The position numbers and the translations under genes were made by a program. The notes below the pieces were generated by a model, which made no database searches, was not told the origin of the DNA, and was given only the letters and a program-made list of their open reading frames with translations. A stretch of 64,000 nucleotides of DNA from Candidatus Nanoarchaeia archaeon (GTDB lineage Archaea; Nanobdellota; Nanobdellia; Woesearchaeales; DATDXC01): contig DATDXC010000038.1 in assembly GCA_035289425.1 (NCBI GenBank), positions 732 through 64,731 on the forward strand, read 5' to 3'. Shown here in pieces: positions 46,897 to 56,481 of the stretch. Positions within the stretch are counted from its first letter, which is position 1, and every line of letters begins with the position of its first letter.

Positions 46897-48064
46897 TTAT
46901 TTTTCTTATTCTTTCTGCTGCAACCTTACATTCTGCTATCGAAGGAACTAAGGCAAATCTCACAAAATTCTCTCCGGGGTTAATTCCACCGACCTGCTTC
47001 GATATCCAAGCGCCAGGGGTTGTGACGAGCGCAATATCCTTAGCCAGCAATCTTTTCGCAAATTCTGCTCCATTTATTCTTTTTGGCGTTTTCTGCCAGA
47101 TATACAATGTTGCAGAAGGTTTAGAATCCTCCATACCTGCATCAATTAATGCTTGGCTAATTATATCTCTTTTTTTCTTATAGGAAGCCCTGAATTCCTC
47201 CACATGCTTCTCATCCAACAATGCAGCAGCTGCGGCATCCTGGATGAATGTGGGTGTTCCAGAGTCTATATTGGTCTTCACTTTCTTGAAAATATCAACT
47301 ATCCTTTCATCTCCTGCCAACCAACCAACTCTGTAGGTAGTCATGGCTGACCGTTTGGACATGCTTTGGACCACAAACACATTTTCCTTGGTAATCTCGA
47401 GTATTGAGACTGGTTTCTCATCAAAGTAGATCTCTGAATAGCATTCATCTGACCCTATGATGATCTCATTGTCCCTGCCAAAATCAACAATCTCCCTTAA
47501 TTTTTCTTTGGGGATTGTCGCTCCGGTTGGATTATTGGGATAGTTAATCCACATCAGCTTTGATTTTTTTAAGATATCTTTTGGGATCTTTTCCAGGTCA
47601 GGCAAAAAGCCATTCTCTTTCAACAATGGATAATGGAATGAATGGCCTTCAGCAAACAAAGTGCCTCTTTCATACGGAGGATAGCCTGGATTAGGCATTA
47701 TCACATAATCGCCAGGGTTGATAATTCCCTCATGGAAATTGAAAACTCCTTCTTTGGCTCCAATGGTTGAGGTTATTTCTTTTTCAGGGTCTAGCGTAAC
47801 ATTAAATCGTTCTTTGGTCCATTTGGCAATTGTATTTCTAAATTCAGGGTCTCCAATATAGCTGGGATAGCCTGCATCTTTTCTCTTGTCAATTGCGCGC
47901 TTACAGTAGTTCCTAATGTTTCCCGGGGTTGGATCCTTCGGGTCACCGACACCAAAATCAATGGGAGTGATGCCTGCTTTCTTTAATTTTGCAACTTCGT
48001 TGTCAACATCTGCAAATGCATAGCTGCCGATGCTTTTTACCCTATTGCTTGCTTCAATTTTCAT
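46880..48064 (-). CDS. Class I/II PLP aminotransferase, probable LL-DAP or succinyl-DAP aminotransferase
   Basis: 'SYAFA', 'DFGVGDP', 'NYPNNPTG', 'SDECYSE', 'SMSKRS.MT.YRVG'. Start codon uncertain. Confidence 0.8.
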   Translation of the reverse strand: MKIEASNRVKSIGSYAFADVDNEVAKLKKAGITPIDFGVGDPKDPTPGNIRNYCKRAIDKRKDAGYPSYIGDPEFRNTIAKWTKERFNVTLDPEKEITSTIGAKEGVFNFHEGIINPGDYVIMPNPGYPPYERGTLFAEGHSFHYPLLKENGFLPDLEKIPKDILKKSKLMWINYPNNPTGATIPKEKLREIVDFGRDNEIIIGSDECYSEIYFDEKPVSILEITKENVFVVQSMSKRSAMTTYRVGWLAGDERIVDIFKKVKTNIDSGTPTFIQDAAAAALLDEKHVEEFRASYKKKRDIISQALIDAGMEDSKPSATLYIWQKTPKRINGAEFAKRLLAKDIALVTTPGAWISKQVGGINPGENFVRFALVPSIAECKVAAERIRKIIKPAF

Positions 48065-48148
48065 GATATCCATGTTGAGGCAAGACATTTATAAATCTTT
48101 TTATGCATTTTCGCAAGCTATAAATAATCAGGTACGTTTCATTATTCT

Positions 48149-49105
48149 ATGGAGCTGCTGTTCAACAAAGTCTTTTTGGAGCACGAAACAGGCAATCACC
48201 CTGAAAATCGGCATCGATTTGATAATCTCACTCTTACAAACTCTAAACTTTTAGATGGGGAACCTTATTTAGAACTGATCTATTCAAAAGAGTATCAAAA
48301 GATTATACGCCAAGCTTGTATTTCTTCAATTCCCTTAGATCCTGATACTTTAACCTCTCCTGGCAGTTATAGGGCAGCGTGTGCTGCAGTAGGGGCTGTG
48401 GTTCAGGCATCTAAAGAAAACAATTTTGCCTTGGTCAGGCCTCCGGGACATCATGCGAATGCAACAAAACCTATGGGATTCTGCCTGTTCAATAATGCTG
48501 CCCTGGCAGTTAAAAACTTAGTCAATAAAGGAAAAAAAGTCTTTATTGTTGACTTTGACTGCCACTATGGAAATGGCACTGCAGACATTTTCTATGATTC
48601 AGATAGAGTGTTGTATTTCTCTACTCATCAGTTTCCTTTTTATCCCGGCAATGGATCTGTCCAGGAGATTGGAGCTGGTGAAGGAAAAGGATTCAACATA
48701 CCTATGCCATTACCTGCTGGCGCTGGTGATGATGTGTATCTAAAGGCGCTTGATTGTTTTGTAACTATTGCCACAGACCAATTCAAACCAGATTATGTAT
48801 GCGTAAGTGCTGGTTTTGATTCGCATCAAAATGATCCATTGGGAGAGCTGCAATTCAGCATCCATGCGTATCACCAGACCGGTATACTGCTCCGGAAAAA
48901 TTTTCAAAACGTGTTTGCGGTGCTGGAAGGGGGCTATAATCCAGAATGGCTTGCAAAGTCAGTCAATGCTTTCTTAAGCGGGATTAATGGAAAAACTCTG
49001 CAATCAAGTGAATCTGCAACTAAGAGCGGAAAATTAGTTGCTGAAGAATTTGAATCGAATTTTAGAACCTTAAAAGACAATCTGGAAGAGTACTGGAAAT
49101 TTTAG
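48149..49105 (+). CDS. Histone deacetylase-family protein
   Basis: 'HPEN', 'RPPGHHA', 'GFCLFNN', 'DFDCHYGNGT', 'SAGFD', 'LEGGY'. Confidence 0.95.
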   Translation: MELLFNKVFLEHETGNHPENRHRFDNLTLTNSKLLDGEPYLELIYSKEYQKIIRQACISSIPLDPDTLTSPGSYRAACAAVGAVVQASKENNFALVRPPGHHANATKPMGFCLFNNAALAVKNLVNKGKKVFIVDFDCHYGNGTADIFYDSDRVLYFSTHQFPFYPGNGSVQEIGAGEGKGFNIPMPLPAGAGDDVYLKALDCFVTIATDQFKPDYVCVSAGFDSHQNDPLGELQFSIHAYHQTGILLRKNFQNVFAVLEGGYNPEWLAKSVNAFLSGINGKTLQSSESATKSGKLVAEEFESNFRTLKDNLEEYWKF

Positions 49106-50379
49106 AAATAGGCAGTGTAACAATGTGATTCATGCAGTTCTGAGCGAGCTTTTTCTGCAATGCGCTTAACTGCAATCAAATAGGATGCTTTTTGGAGATC
49201 TGTGTTAAACTTTCTTGCTGTTTGCAGCACTGCTGATATGCTTTTGTACATGATATCTCTCAATTTTGAATTAACTTCTATCTTAGTCCAGTGCTCTTTT
49301 TTTAGATTCTGCAGCCACTCAAAATAGGAGACTGTAACGCCGCCTGCATTTGCCAGTATATCAGGAATAATCACAACACCTTTTTTCTTAAGGATCACAG
49401 ATGCCTCGGCTGTCACCGGACCATTGGCCATCTCCAGAATCATTTTTGCTTTAATCCTTTCAGCGTTCTGGCGATGGATAACATCTTCTAAAGCTGAAGG
49501 TACCAGAATGTCACAGGGCAATTCTAGCAGTTCCTCATTAGTTATATTCATTGCACCAGGAAAGTCCAGCACTGAGCCATTGTGTTCCTTGTGCTTCATT
49601 ACCTTGGGGATATCAAGACCTTTATGATTAACAATCGCACCTTGAGAATCAGATACTGCAATGACCTTGCCTCCTGTTTCGTAGATGAATTTAGCAAGAG
49701 TGCCTCCTACATTTCCCATTCCCTGGACTGCAACGATTTTGTTAGGAAGTTTTCCAAGTCCAGGGGCATAATCTTCCTGGAGAATCTTTTCAAGGACAAA
49801 AAAACCACCTTTGGCTGTTGCTTCTTCCCTTCCTTCAGAACCACCCTTATCCAATGGTTTTCCGGTTACAATCGCTAATTCTGTCCTTCTGCTGCACCGG
49901 TTGTATTCCTCTACCATCCACTGCATGATCTTAGCGTTTGTGTATACATCCGGGGCAGGAATGTCAATTGCAGGGCCAATCAAGGGACCGATGCGTTGTA
50001 TGAATCCTTTGGTCATCCGTTCTAATTCTTTTTCTGACAGGTCTTTGGGGTTGCAGACAACGCCTCCTTTTGCTCCTCCAAAAGGGATGTCAACTACAGC
50101 GCATTTAATCGTCATCCAGGCAGCCAATGCCCGGATCTCATCCAAATTAACCTGCCAGTGATACCTTATGCCGCCTTTAAATGGCCCTCTCATGTGATTA
50201 TGCTGCACTCGGTACCCCACAAAATTCCTTACCGAACCATCATCCATCTCCACAGGGAAATTTACGTGCAGCTCGCGATGGGTAGTGAGCAATACCTCTT
50301 TGATCCATGGCTCAATTTTTAGAGTGTCTGCTGCCTCACTGATAAACTTCTTAGCATCTTCGAATGGATTAGGAGTCAT
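49102..50379 (-). CDS. gdhA: Glutamate dehydrogenase
   Basis: 'GPFKGGIRY', 'GGAKGG', 'DIPAPD', 'GMGNVG', 'NAGGVTVSYFEW'. Start trimmed to ATG 50379. Confidence 0.95.
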   Translation of the reverse strand: MTPNPFEDAKKFISEAADTLKIEPWIKEVLLTTHRELHVNFPVEMDDGSVRNFVGYRVQHNHMRGPFKGGIRYHWQVNLDEIRALAAWMTIKCAVVDIPFGGAKGGVVCNPKDLSEKELERMTKGFIQRIGPLIGPAIDIPAPDVYTNAKIMQWMVEEYNRCSRRTELAIVTGKPLDKGGSEGREEATAKGGFFVLEKILQEDYAPGLGKLPNKIVAVQGMGNVGGTLAKFIYETGGKVIAVSDSQGAIVNHKGLDIPKVMKHKEHNGSVLDFPGAMNITNEELLELPCDILVPSALEDVIHRQNAERIKAKMILEMANGPVTAEASVILKKKGVVIIPDILANAGGVTVSYFEWLQNLKKEHWTKIEVNSKLRDIMYKSISAVLQTARKFNTDLQKASYLIAVKRIAEKARSELHESHCYTAYF

Positions 50380-50467
50380 TTTCTTGGTTTGGTTGAAATC
50401 CTTTTTATACCTTTTGATTGGTGCTTTAACAAAATCTTTAAAAGAATGCGGTTGTTCCTTACGCACT

Positions 50468-51397
50468 ATGGTTCAAAAGATTATTTTAGCTAAGCCTAGA
50501 GGGTTTTGCGCTGGTGTGGATAGAGCTGTGCAGATTGTGGACAAGGCTTTGGCATTGTATGGACCACCCTTATATGTGAGGCACCACATTGTGCACAACA
50601 TCCATGTGGTTAAATCTTTTGAAAAGAAAGGGGTTATCTTTGTGGAAGACATTACTCAAATCCCCTTAGGATGCAAAGTGATCCTGAGCGCTCACGGCAC
50701 AGATCCTAAGATATTTAGACAGGCCCAAGAAAAGGGGTTGCAGATTATCGATGCAGTCTGCCCACTGGTAATTAAGGTTCATGAGCAGGCTATACAATTC
50801 CATACAAAAGGATACTCTATCATTCTGGTTGGGCATGCTGGTCATCAGGAAGTGATTGGCACTATGGGCAATGCGCCAATGCAGCTAGTCGAAAAAGTCG
50901 AGGATGTCAAAAACTTAACCATCCAAAGCGACAAGATTGCGGTCTTGACACAGACAACCTTATCAATTGATGAGACAAAGGATATACTGAAAAAGATTAA
51001 AGAAAGATATCCCAAAGTTCACTTACCGGGCCAGTCAGACATCTGCTATGCCACTACCAACAGACAAAGAGCAGTAAAAGAAATCGCTAAAAAATGTGAT
51101 GTTGTTTTGGTCATAGGTTCAGAGACGAGCTCTAACTCGAACAGATTGGTTCAGACCGCAGAAACAGCAGGAGCAAAATCTTATTTGGTTGATGATTACT
51201 CATCTGTTAAGGATGAATGGCTAAAGAACTGTTCAGTTTTAGGCATAACTTCTGGTGCTTCTGCGCCGGAATCTTTAGTGCAGGAGATAATTACCCAAAT
51301 ACAGGAGAGATATCCTGCTGCAAAGACAGAGATTTTTGAAAAGACCAAAGAGAATTATGTATTCCCCCTGCCAGCAGAGCTTACTCAACAAAGATAA
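50468..51397 (+). CDS. ispH: 4-hydroxy-3-methylbut-2-enyl diphosphate reductase (MEP pathway)
   Basis: 'PRGFCAGV', 'IVHN', 'DAVCPLV', 'GH.GHQE', 'QTTL', 'ICYATTNRQ', 'SSNS', 'TSGASAPE'; all three Fe-S cysteines present. Confidence 0.95.
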   Translation: MVQKIILAKPRGFCAGVDRAVQIVDKALALYGPPLYVRHHIVHNIHVVKSFEKKGVIFVEDITQIPLGCKVILSAHGTDPKIFRQAQEKGLQIIDAVCPLVIKVHEQAIQFHTKGYSIILVGHAGHQEVIGTMGNAPMQLVEKVEDVKNLTIQSDKIAVLTQTTLSIDETKDILKKIKERYPKVHLPGQSDICYATTNRQRAVKEIAKKCDVVLVIGSETSSNSNRLVQTAETAGAKSYLVDDYSSVKDEWLKNCSVLGITSGASAPESLVQEIITQIQERYPAAKTEIFEKTKENYVFPLPAELTQQR

Positions 51398-51965
51398 GGT
51401 CATTCAGCCAGTCTTTCTTCATGTAGCCTCGTTCCATATTGACCATCGGAAGATAGTTATGGAACAACCGTATCTGTTCGCTCAGCCGCATCGTCGATAC
51501 CTCTTCTATTGAGTTTTTTCCATGATTCTTCCTGAGACTGGGTATGACATCCCGGTTAAAGTGCTCCACAATATTCTCGCTGCTTCTTCCTTCTAAAATG
51601 AGGGCTAATGCGACGTGACCTTCTATCTCACCCAAAAAGCTTTCGTATATATACCTTCCATAGGTCAGCTTAACCATCTTTTCTTCTTTAATCTCCTTGA
51701 TCATCTGCTCACGGGTAATCCCTAAGCGGAACTTGATGAGATATAGCTGCCTTGCGCCAAACCTTCCGGTGCCTTTTGACCCCATATTCACGTTCGTATA
51801 ATATGATATGAGCCCCTCTTCCTCCAACCTATTCCTTTTTCTGCTCACCGTTCGGATAGGGACCCTGCTGTTTTTACCAATCTTGTTATCACTGCTTCTT
51901 GGATCCTTGATCAATTCAGTTATTATTTTTTTTTCTTGCGCATCCAATGACCTCATATGCATCAC
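51381..51965 (-). CDS. Lrp/AsnC-like transcriptional regulator
   Basis: 'LDAQEKKII.EL..DPR.S...I...TV.R...RLEEEGLI' wHTH; divergent from the glutamate synthase genes. Confidence 0.8.
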   Translation of the reverse strand: MMHMRSLDAQEKKIITELIKDPRSSDNKIGKNSRVPIRTVSRKRNRLEEEGLISYYTNVNMGSKGTGRFGARQLYLIKFRLGITREQMIKEIKEEKMVKLTYGRYIYESFLGEIEGHVALALILEGRSSENIVEHFNRDVIPSLRKNHGKNSIEEVSTMRLSEQIRLFHNYLPMVNMERGYMKKDWLNDLIFVE

Positions 51966-52073
51966 CTTTATGGCTTAAAATAGGTCATTACATATAAATT
52001 TTTCTATAATTCAGGACATATATCCTAAAAAAGATATATAAACAAATCATTATTATAATCTAAACGACCGAAA

Positions 52074-54350
52074 ATGTCTTTGGATAACATAAAAGCAGCA
52101 CAGGATAAACGGAAGTGGTTTGAAGACTTTATTACCGGCGACAAGCTGAAGGTGACGTCCTATTCAGGGCCTGTCAAAGACCCCTGGGATGATGTGTCAT
52201 GCGCATGTGCACAGCTAACCAAGCCGCCTATCGATGTTCATAAGGAACCGGTAAATCTTAGGCAGACATTTGGGGGGCGATATTCTGAGCCAATTTCCGT
52301 TGACCTACCAGTTATGATCTCTGGCATGAGCTATGGATCCCTTTCCATGAATTCAAAGCTTGCCATCCATCGGGCACTCAATACCTTAGCTACCAAACAC
52401 AATCTCAAATTATTATACAACACTGGTGAAGGTGGTGTATTGCCGCATGAAATCTCTGACAGGAAGTATTACCTTATGACCCAGGTTGCTTCCGGCAGGT
52501 TCAATGTCACTCAAAAGAATTTATTGAATGTGGATGCCATTGAGATAAAGATCGGGCAGGGGGCCAAGCCAGGCATCGGCGGACAGCTGCCTGCTGAGAA
52601 AGTGACGAAGGAAATTGCCGCACTGAGAAGGATTCCTCAGGGAGTGCCTGCGTATTCGCCTGCTAGGCATATCGATATAGTTGGTCCAGAGGATCTTTTT
52701 GCCAAGATACAGGAATTAAGAGTAGTCACTGGCGGAAAAATTCCTATCGGAGTTAAAATTGCCGCTACAGACGCTTATCATGATGCTATCATTGCATCAC
52801 GGATAGCTGATTTTGTTACAGTCGATGGAATGTCTGCAGGCACTGGCGCTTCTCCTGAAATTGCACAAGCATATATGGGAATCCAGACCATGCCTGCCAT
52901 TGTGGAAGCTCGGAGGGGCGTAGATGCCATGGCCTCACAGCTGTTTCAACATCTACGGAGGATGGATCGGACTGTTGACTATGAGGAAGTCACGCTTATT
53001 GCGGCAGGGGGCATTACAAAGCCAACTGATATCTACACTGCACTTTGCTTAGGGGCAAATATGGTTGCCATAGGAACAGCCATAGAGCTTGGTTTAGGAT
53101 GCATCAGCTGCTTCAGCTGCCATACTGGCAAGTGCCCTGAAAACATAACAGCAAACTTGCCTCGGACAAAGGAGAGGGGATATATGGATTTGGAAGAGGC
53201 ATCAAACAGGATAGTTGCGTATTTCCTTAAGATAAAGGAAGCACTGGAATTATTGTATGCTGCAAATGGCCATTTCAAGGGAAACAGTAGTACCATAACT
53301 GAATTACGGACGACTAATTCATCAATACATGCCACTACAGGCATACCCATGCCTGGCATCAATGTGGTAGAGCATTTAACCAATGCTTTGGATCATGGTG
53401 GATGCGGCATCGCTGCAATAATCCCTTCTCCCCGGAAACTTAAAGCAATCAGAGATGGTATAGAAGAGCCTCTGCCCGTCAGCTCGCTTATAATCCAAAT
53501 GCTGGAAGCACAGCAGGTCAGGGGCCCTGATTCAGCAGGATTTGCATTTTATAGGAAGAAATCTGATAGCTATAAGCTCAAGCTAAGGTTAATGAACTCT
53601 GATCTTGCAGCTGTTGAGGGCATCCTGAAGAGGCATTGCAATAGCACGCTTCATTTGACTGATAAGACGCCATCGGTGTATGAATTGGGTTATAGGATTG
53701 TGGAGTATTCAGTCGAAAGCAATGCTGATACAGTTTCAGCGGCATTAGATGAGTTGAGTAAAATATCTCATTTGACACTTATCAGCCATGGAAATCATGT
53801 TGATGTTATAAAAGATATTGGCACTGTTGAGAATGTGGTGCATTTGCATGATGTGAGGTCTGAGAAAGACATCTTATTTGGATTAGGCCATGTCAGGACT
53901 GCAACCATGAGCGTCGTAAATCCGGTAACTGCCCATCCTTTTTGCACTTCATCAATACCTGATGCGACTGTGGTGCATAATGGGGAAGTGACCAATGCTC
54001 CCCTATTGAAGAGACGCCTGCAGGTTATGGGGTTTCCTTTCTTTGCGCCCACTGATTCAGAGGTCATTGCTGCTTTTGTGGGAGAGAAGCTCAGCAGGGG
54101 ATTTTCACTAGAACAGGCATGCAAAGATTTTGTGGCTAAAGGAGACGGTCCTTATTCATTTTTGTTGGCAACACCTGAGGGTATTGCTTTTGTGAAGGAT
54201 GATTTTGGATTAAGGCCTGCTATGGTGGGGTATAACCCTAAGGATGAATTCTTTGCCGTGGCAACTGACATTGCAGCTTTGAATAGTGTTGGCGCAACTG
54301 AAGACCGGGATCTCCCTGGAAAAGGTATTGTGAGGGTGTTTCCTGCATGA
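52074..54350 (+). CDS. Glutamate synthase FMN-binding domain fused to a C-terminal class II glutamine amidotransferase domain
   Basis: 'GMSYGSLS', 'NTGEGG', 'QVASGRF', 'IKIGQGAKPG', CxxCxxCxxxxCP; then 'CGI', 'RGPDSAG', 'GHVRTAT', 'AHPF', 'HNGE', 'TDSE'. Confidence 0.9.
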   Translation: MSLDNIKAAQDKRKWFEDFITGDKLKVTSYSGPVKDPWDDVSCACAQLTKPPIDVHKEPVNLRQTFGGRYSEPISVDLPVMISGMSYGSLSMNSKLAIHRALNTLATKHNLKLLYNTGEGGVLPHEISDRKYYLMTQVASGRFNVTQKNLLNVDAIEIKIGQGAKPGIGGQLPAEKVTKEIAALRRIPQGVPAYSPARHIDIVGPEDLFAKIQELRVVTGGKIPIGVKIAATDAYHDAIIASRIADFVTVDGMSAGTGASPEIAQAYMGIQTMPAIVEARRGVDAMASQLFQHLRRMDRTVDYEEVTLIAAGGITKPTDIYTALCLGANMVAIGTAIELGLGCISCFSCHTGKCPENITANLPRTKERGYMDLEEASNRIVAYFLKIKEALELLYAANGHFKGNSSTITELRTTNSSIHATTGIPMPGINVVEHLTNALDHGGCGIAAIIPSPRKLKAIRDGIEEPLPVSSLIIQMLEAQQVRGPDSAGFAFYRKKSDSYKLKLRLMNSDLAAVEGILKRHCNSTLHLTDKTPSVYELGYRIVEYSVESNADTVSAALDELSKISHLTLISHGNHVDVIKDIGTVENVVHLHDVRSEKDILFGLGHVRTATMSVVNPVTAHPFCTSSIPDATVVHNGEVTNAPLLKRRLQVMGFPFFAPTDSEVIAAFVGEKLSRGFSLEQACKDFVAKGDGPYSFLLATPEGIAFVKDDFGLRPAMVGYNPKDEFFAVATDIAALNSVGATEDRDLPGKGIVRVFPA

Positions 54351-55267
54351 CTGAAGCTGCGTTAGATCTAAATGAGATAAGGGACATGAATGGTGTGACG
54401 GAGACACCTTCCAAATTCCAAGAAGCGTTTTTGGCAATCAAGGAAAAGACTGAAAAGCAGTTTGGCGTGAAGCTGCATGATGGAATGCGGCGCATCTCCC
54501 GTGACATGTATCATTCAGTCACTCCTAAGACTCCTTTTATGCTGCAGTTCATTGTTGCCGAGATCATCGATGCTTTGGGCCAGAACAATGAGAAATTAAG
54601 CATCAAAAATCCATTAGGGGTTTATAATCTATGCGCTGGCATCGGAAGATCGTACACCTTAGGCAAGGGATGGACGCTGGGACGAGTAGTTACGGAAGGA
54701 GATGTCGGATCATTTTACGGAAGCCATTCTGCTGATGTAGACATGGTTCATCATGTGCATGGGTGCGCAGGCAGAAGCTTCATGAACAATGCATTACAAG
54801 GAATGGGCATTGTAGATGGCGTTGCTGATGAAGGAGCAGGCCAGGTGAATCATGGTGCATCAATACTGATCAAAGGCAAGGCTGGTGCTCGCCTTGGATG
54901 GGGCCAACGTGCTGGTAACATAGTCACTTTGAAGAACATCCCATTGAATGCGGGGCTTTTCATGGCTGGCGGTTCTATAATCACTTTAGGTGACGAAGTT
55001 GATGAGGAATTAGGGCCTGATATGCAGGAGGGGACTATTTATGTTCCGTATGCCCATGATCATATTTGTGGAAAGGGAGCCGCATGCAAGAAAATTGAAG
55101 AGATTGATTATGCGCGGATTAAAGATGCTCTGAAACCTTTTGAACAGGAGCTTAACATAATTGGGCTTACGGAATTTAATCAGAATACTACTTTTTTAAC
55201 AGTTGATGGCAAGGCTTTGGACTTTTCAAAGTTTTATAAGATACTCCCTGAGAGGTTTAAAATTTAA
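54347..55267 (+). CDS. Glutamate synthase GXGXG beta-helix subunit (GltB3-like)
   Basis: Repeated G-x-A-G...G motifs; ATGA overlap with the upstream gene. Confidence 0.8.
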   Translation: MTEAALDLNEIRDMNGVTETPSKFQEAFLAIKEKTEKQFGVKLHDGMRRISRDMYHSVTPKTPFMLQFIVAEIIDALGQNNEKLSIKNPLGVYNLCAGIGRSYTLGKGWTLGRVVTEGDVGSFYGSHSADVDMVHHVHGCAGRSFMNNALQGMGIVDGVADEGAGQVNHGASILIKGKAGARLGWGQRAGNIVTLKNIPLNAGLFMAGGSIITLGDEVDEELGPDMQEGTIYVPYAHDHICGKGAACKKIEEIDYARIKDALKPFEQELNIIGLTEFNQNTTFLTVDGKALDFSKFYKILPERFKI

Positions 55268-56402
55268 TTATGGAACAATCGGGCATATGTTTCTGACAGC
55301 CATTCTGCCTGATGGGATGCTTCAATTCTTAGGTTATACTTTTGGAGAGCATTTTGAGCCCCTTTATAAACACCCATCATCGCTGCGATTGTTTTTGTTA
55401 TGTTTACCACATCACTAAAAACCTGTTCACCTTCAGGTCCTAAGTCAATGTCCAATGAAGGTAGTGCAAGTTCAATCCCTTTACCAAGTGCCATAACTCC
55501 CAATACATACCTTGCGGTTGCACCGATTGGACTATCTGTGGACAACAAACCTTCTGTACTGAACCCAAACATCTGAGGAATGATCTTTTCTGCTTTTTTT
55601 ATTCTTTCATTATACTCCCTATCCTTCTTCCTCGGCCATACTGCTCCAAAGAACCTGGAAAAGTATGTAAATCGATGCTCCCATTTTTCTTCCCACAGTT
55701 TCTGCATAAATTCCCTTGTATATCCTGGACTTTCATCTTCGAAAAATGGATTGATTCTATAATGATCAATCTCTTCCCTCATTGCTCTATCTAAATTAGT
55801 CCCCTTTTCAATAGTCTTCTCAAGATTTCTTAAGGTGGCAACCAATGGCTGACGCTGCCCGTATAAATTTTTGAAAATGGTGTAAAGCCATTTCGCATTT
55901 GTATACGTCAACTGCCTTTTTTTGAACTTTTCAACAGCACGGATCCCACCCCTCACCAATCCCACCAATCCTGCAGCGATGGTGGTGGAAATCACATACG
56001 CTTTTAGTTGCTCTAAATCCCCCCAGTACCATATGCTATACCTTGCCATACCATTCCCATGATGGCGCTATACCCTGCTGCAGGTTCGAGAGGGTTATCA
56101 CTTGCTATGACTCCTTCAGTCCTGAAGCCCTCTGCTGAATCAAAAATCTTACTGATATCCCGTACCTCTGCATTGTATCTTTTATTTTTTCTGTGGGGAA
56201 TAAGCGGCTTAAATGAGGTCCATTGTTCTTCATATAAATCAAGTACATGTTCTAAAAATACAACGGGATTGCTGGCCATAGCTTCAGCCACTAATGGATG
56301 GTCTTGGTATTCAGCTATAACTTCTCTTTGTTTCCTTTTTAGTACATTGAACTTTAATTTTTCTTTTTGTAGTTTCCGTAATCTGCTTACAAGAGTGGCC
56401 AT
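55264..56402 (-). pseudogene. Frameshifted membrane protein with two internal repeats (ORFs 56013-56402 and 55264-56049)
   Basis: The two ORFs share a repeat (LYEEQW...P.RK.K.YN...GF.TEG...SD.P) and can be joined at a G6 run (56019-56024). Confidence 0.55.
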
Positions 56403-56481
56403 CCTAATTGAGAAGCAATATAACTTTAATAATCTTTCTTTCTAATAATCACTCTACAGTTATGACAGAATTCAGATCAAC

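Noticed and set aside
50285..50467. Long N-terminal extensions of IspH and GDH in the ORF track
   Set aside because: They overlap each other across the divergent promoter; family-typical starts are at 50468 and 50379.
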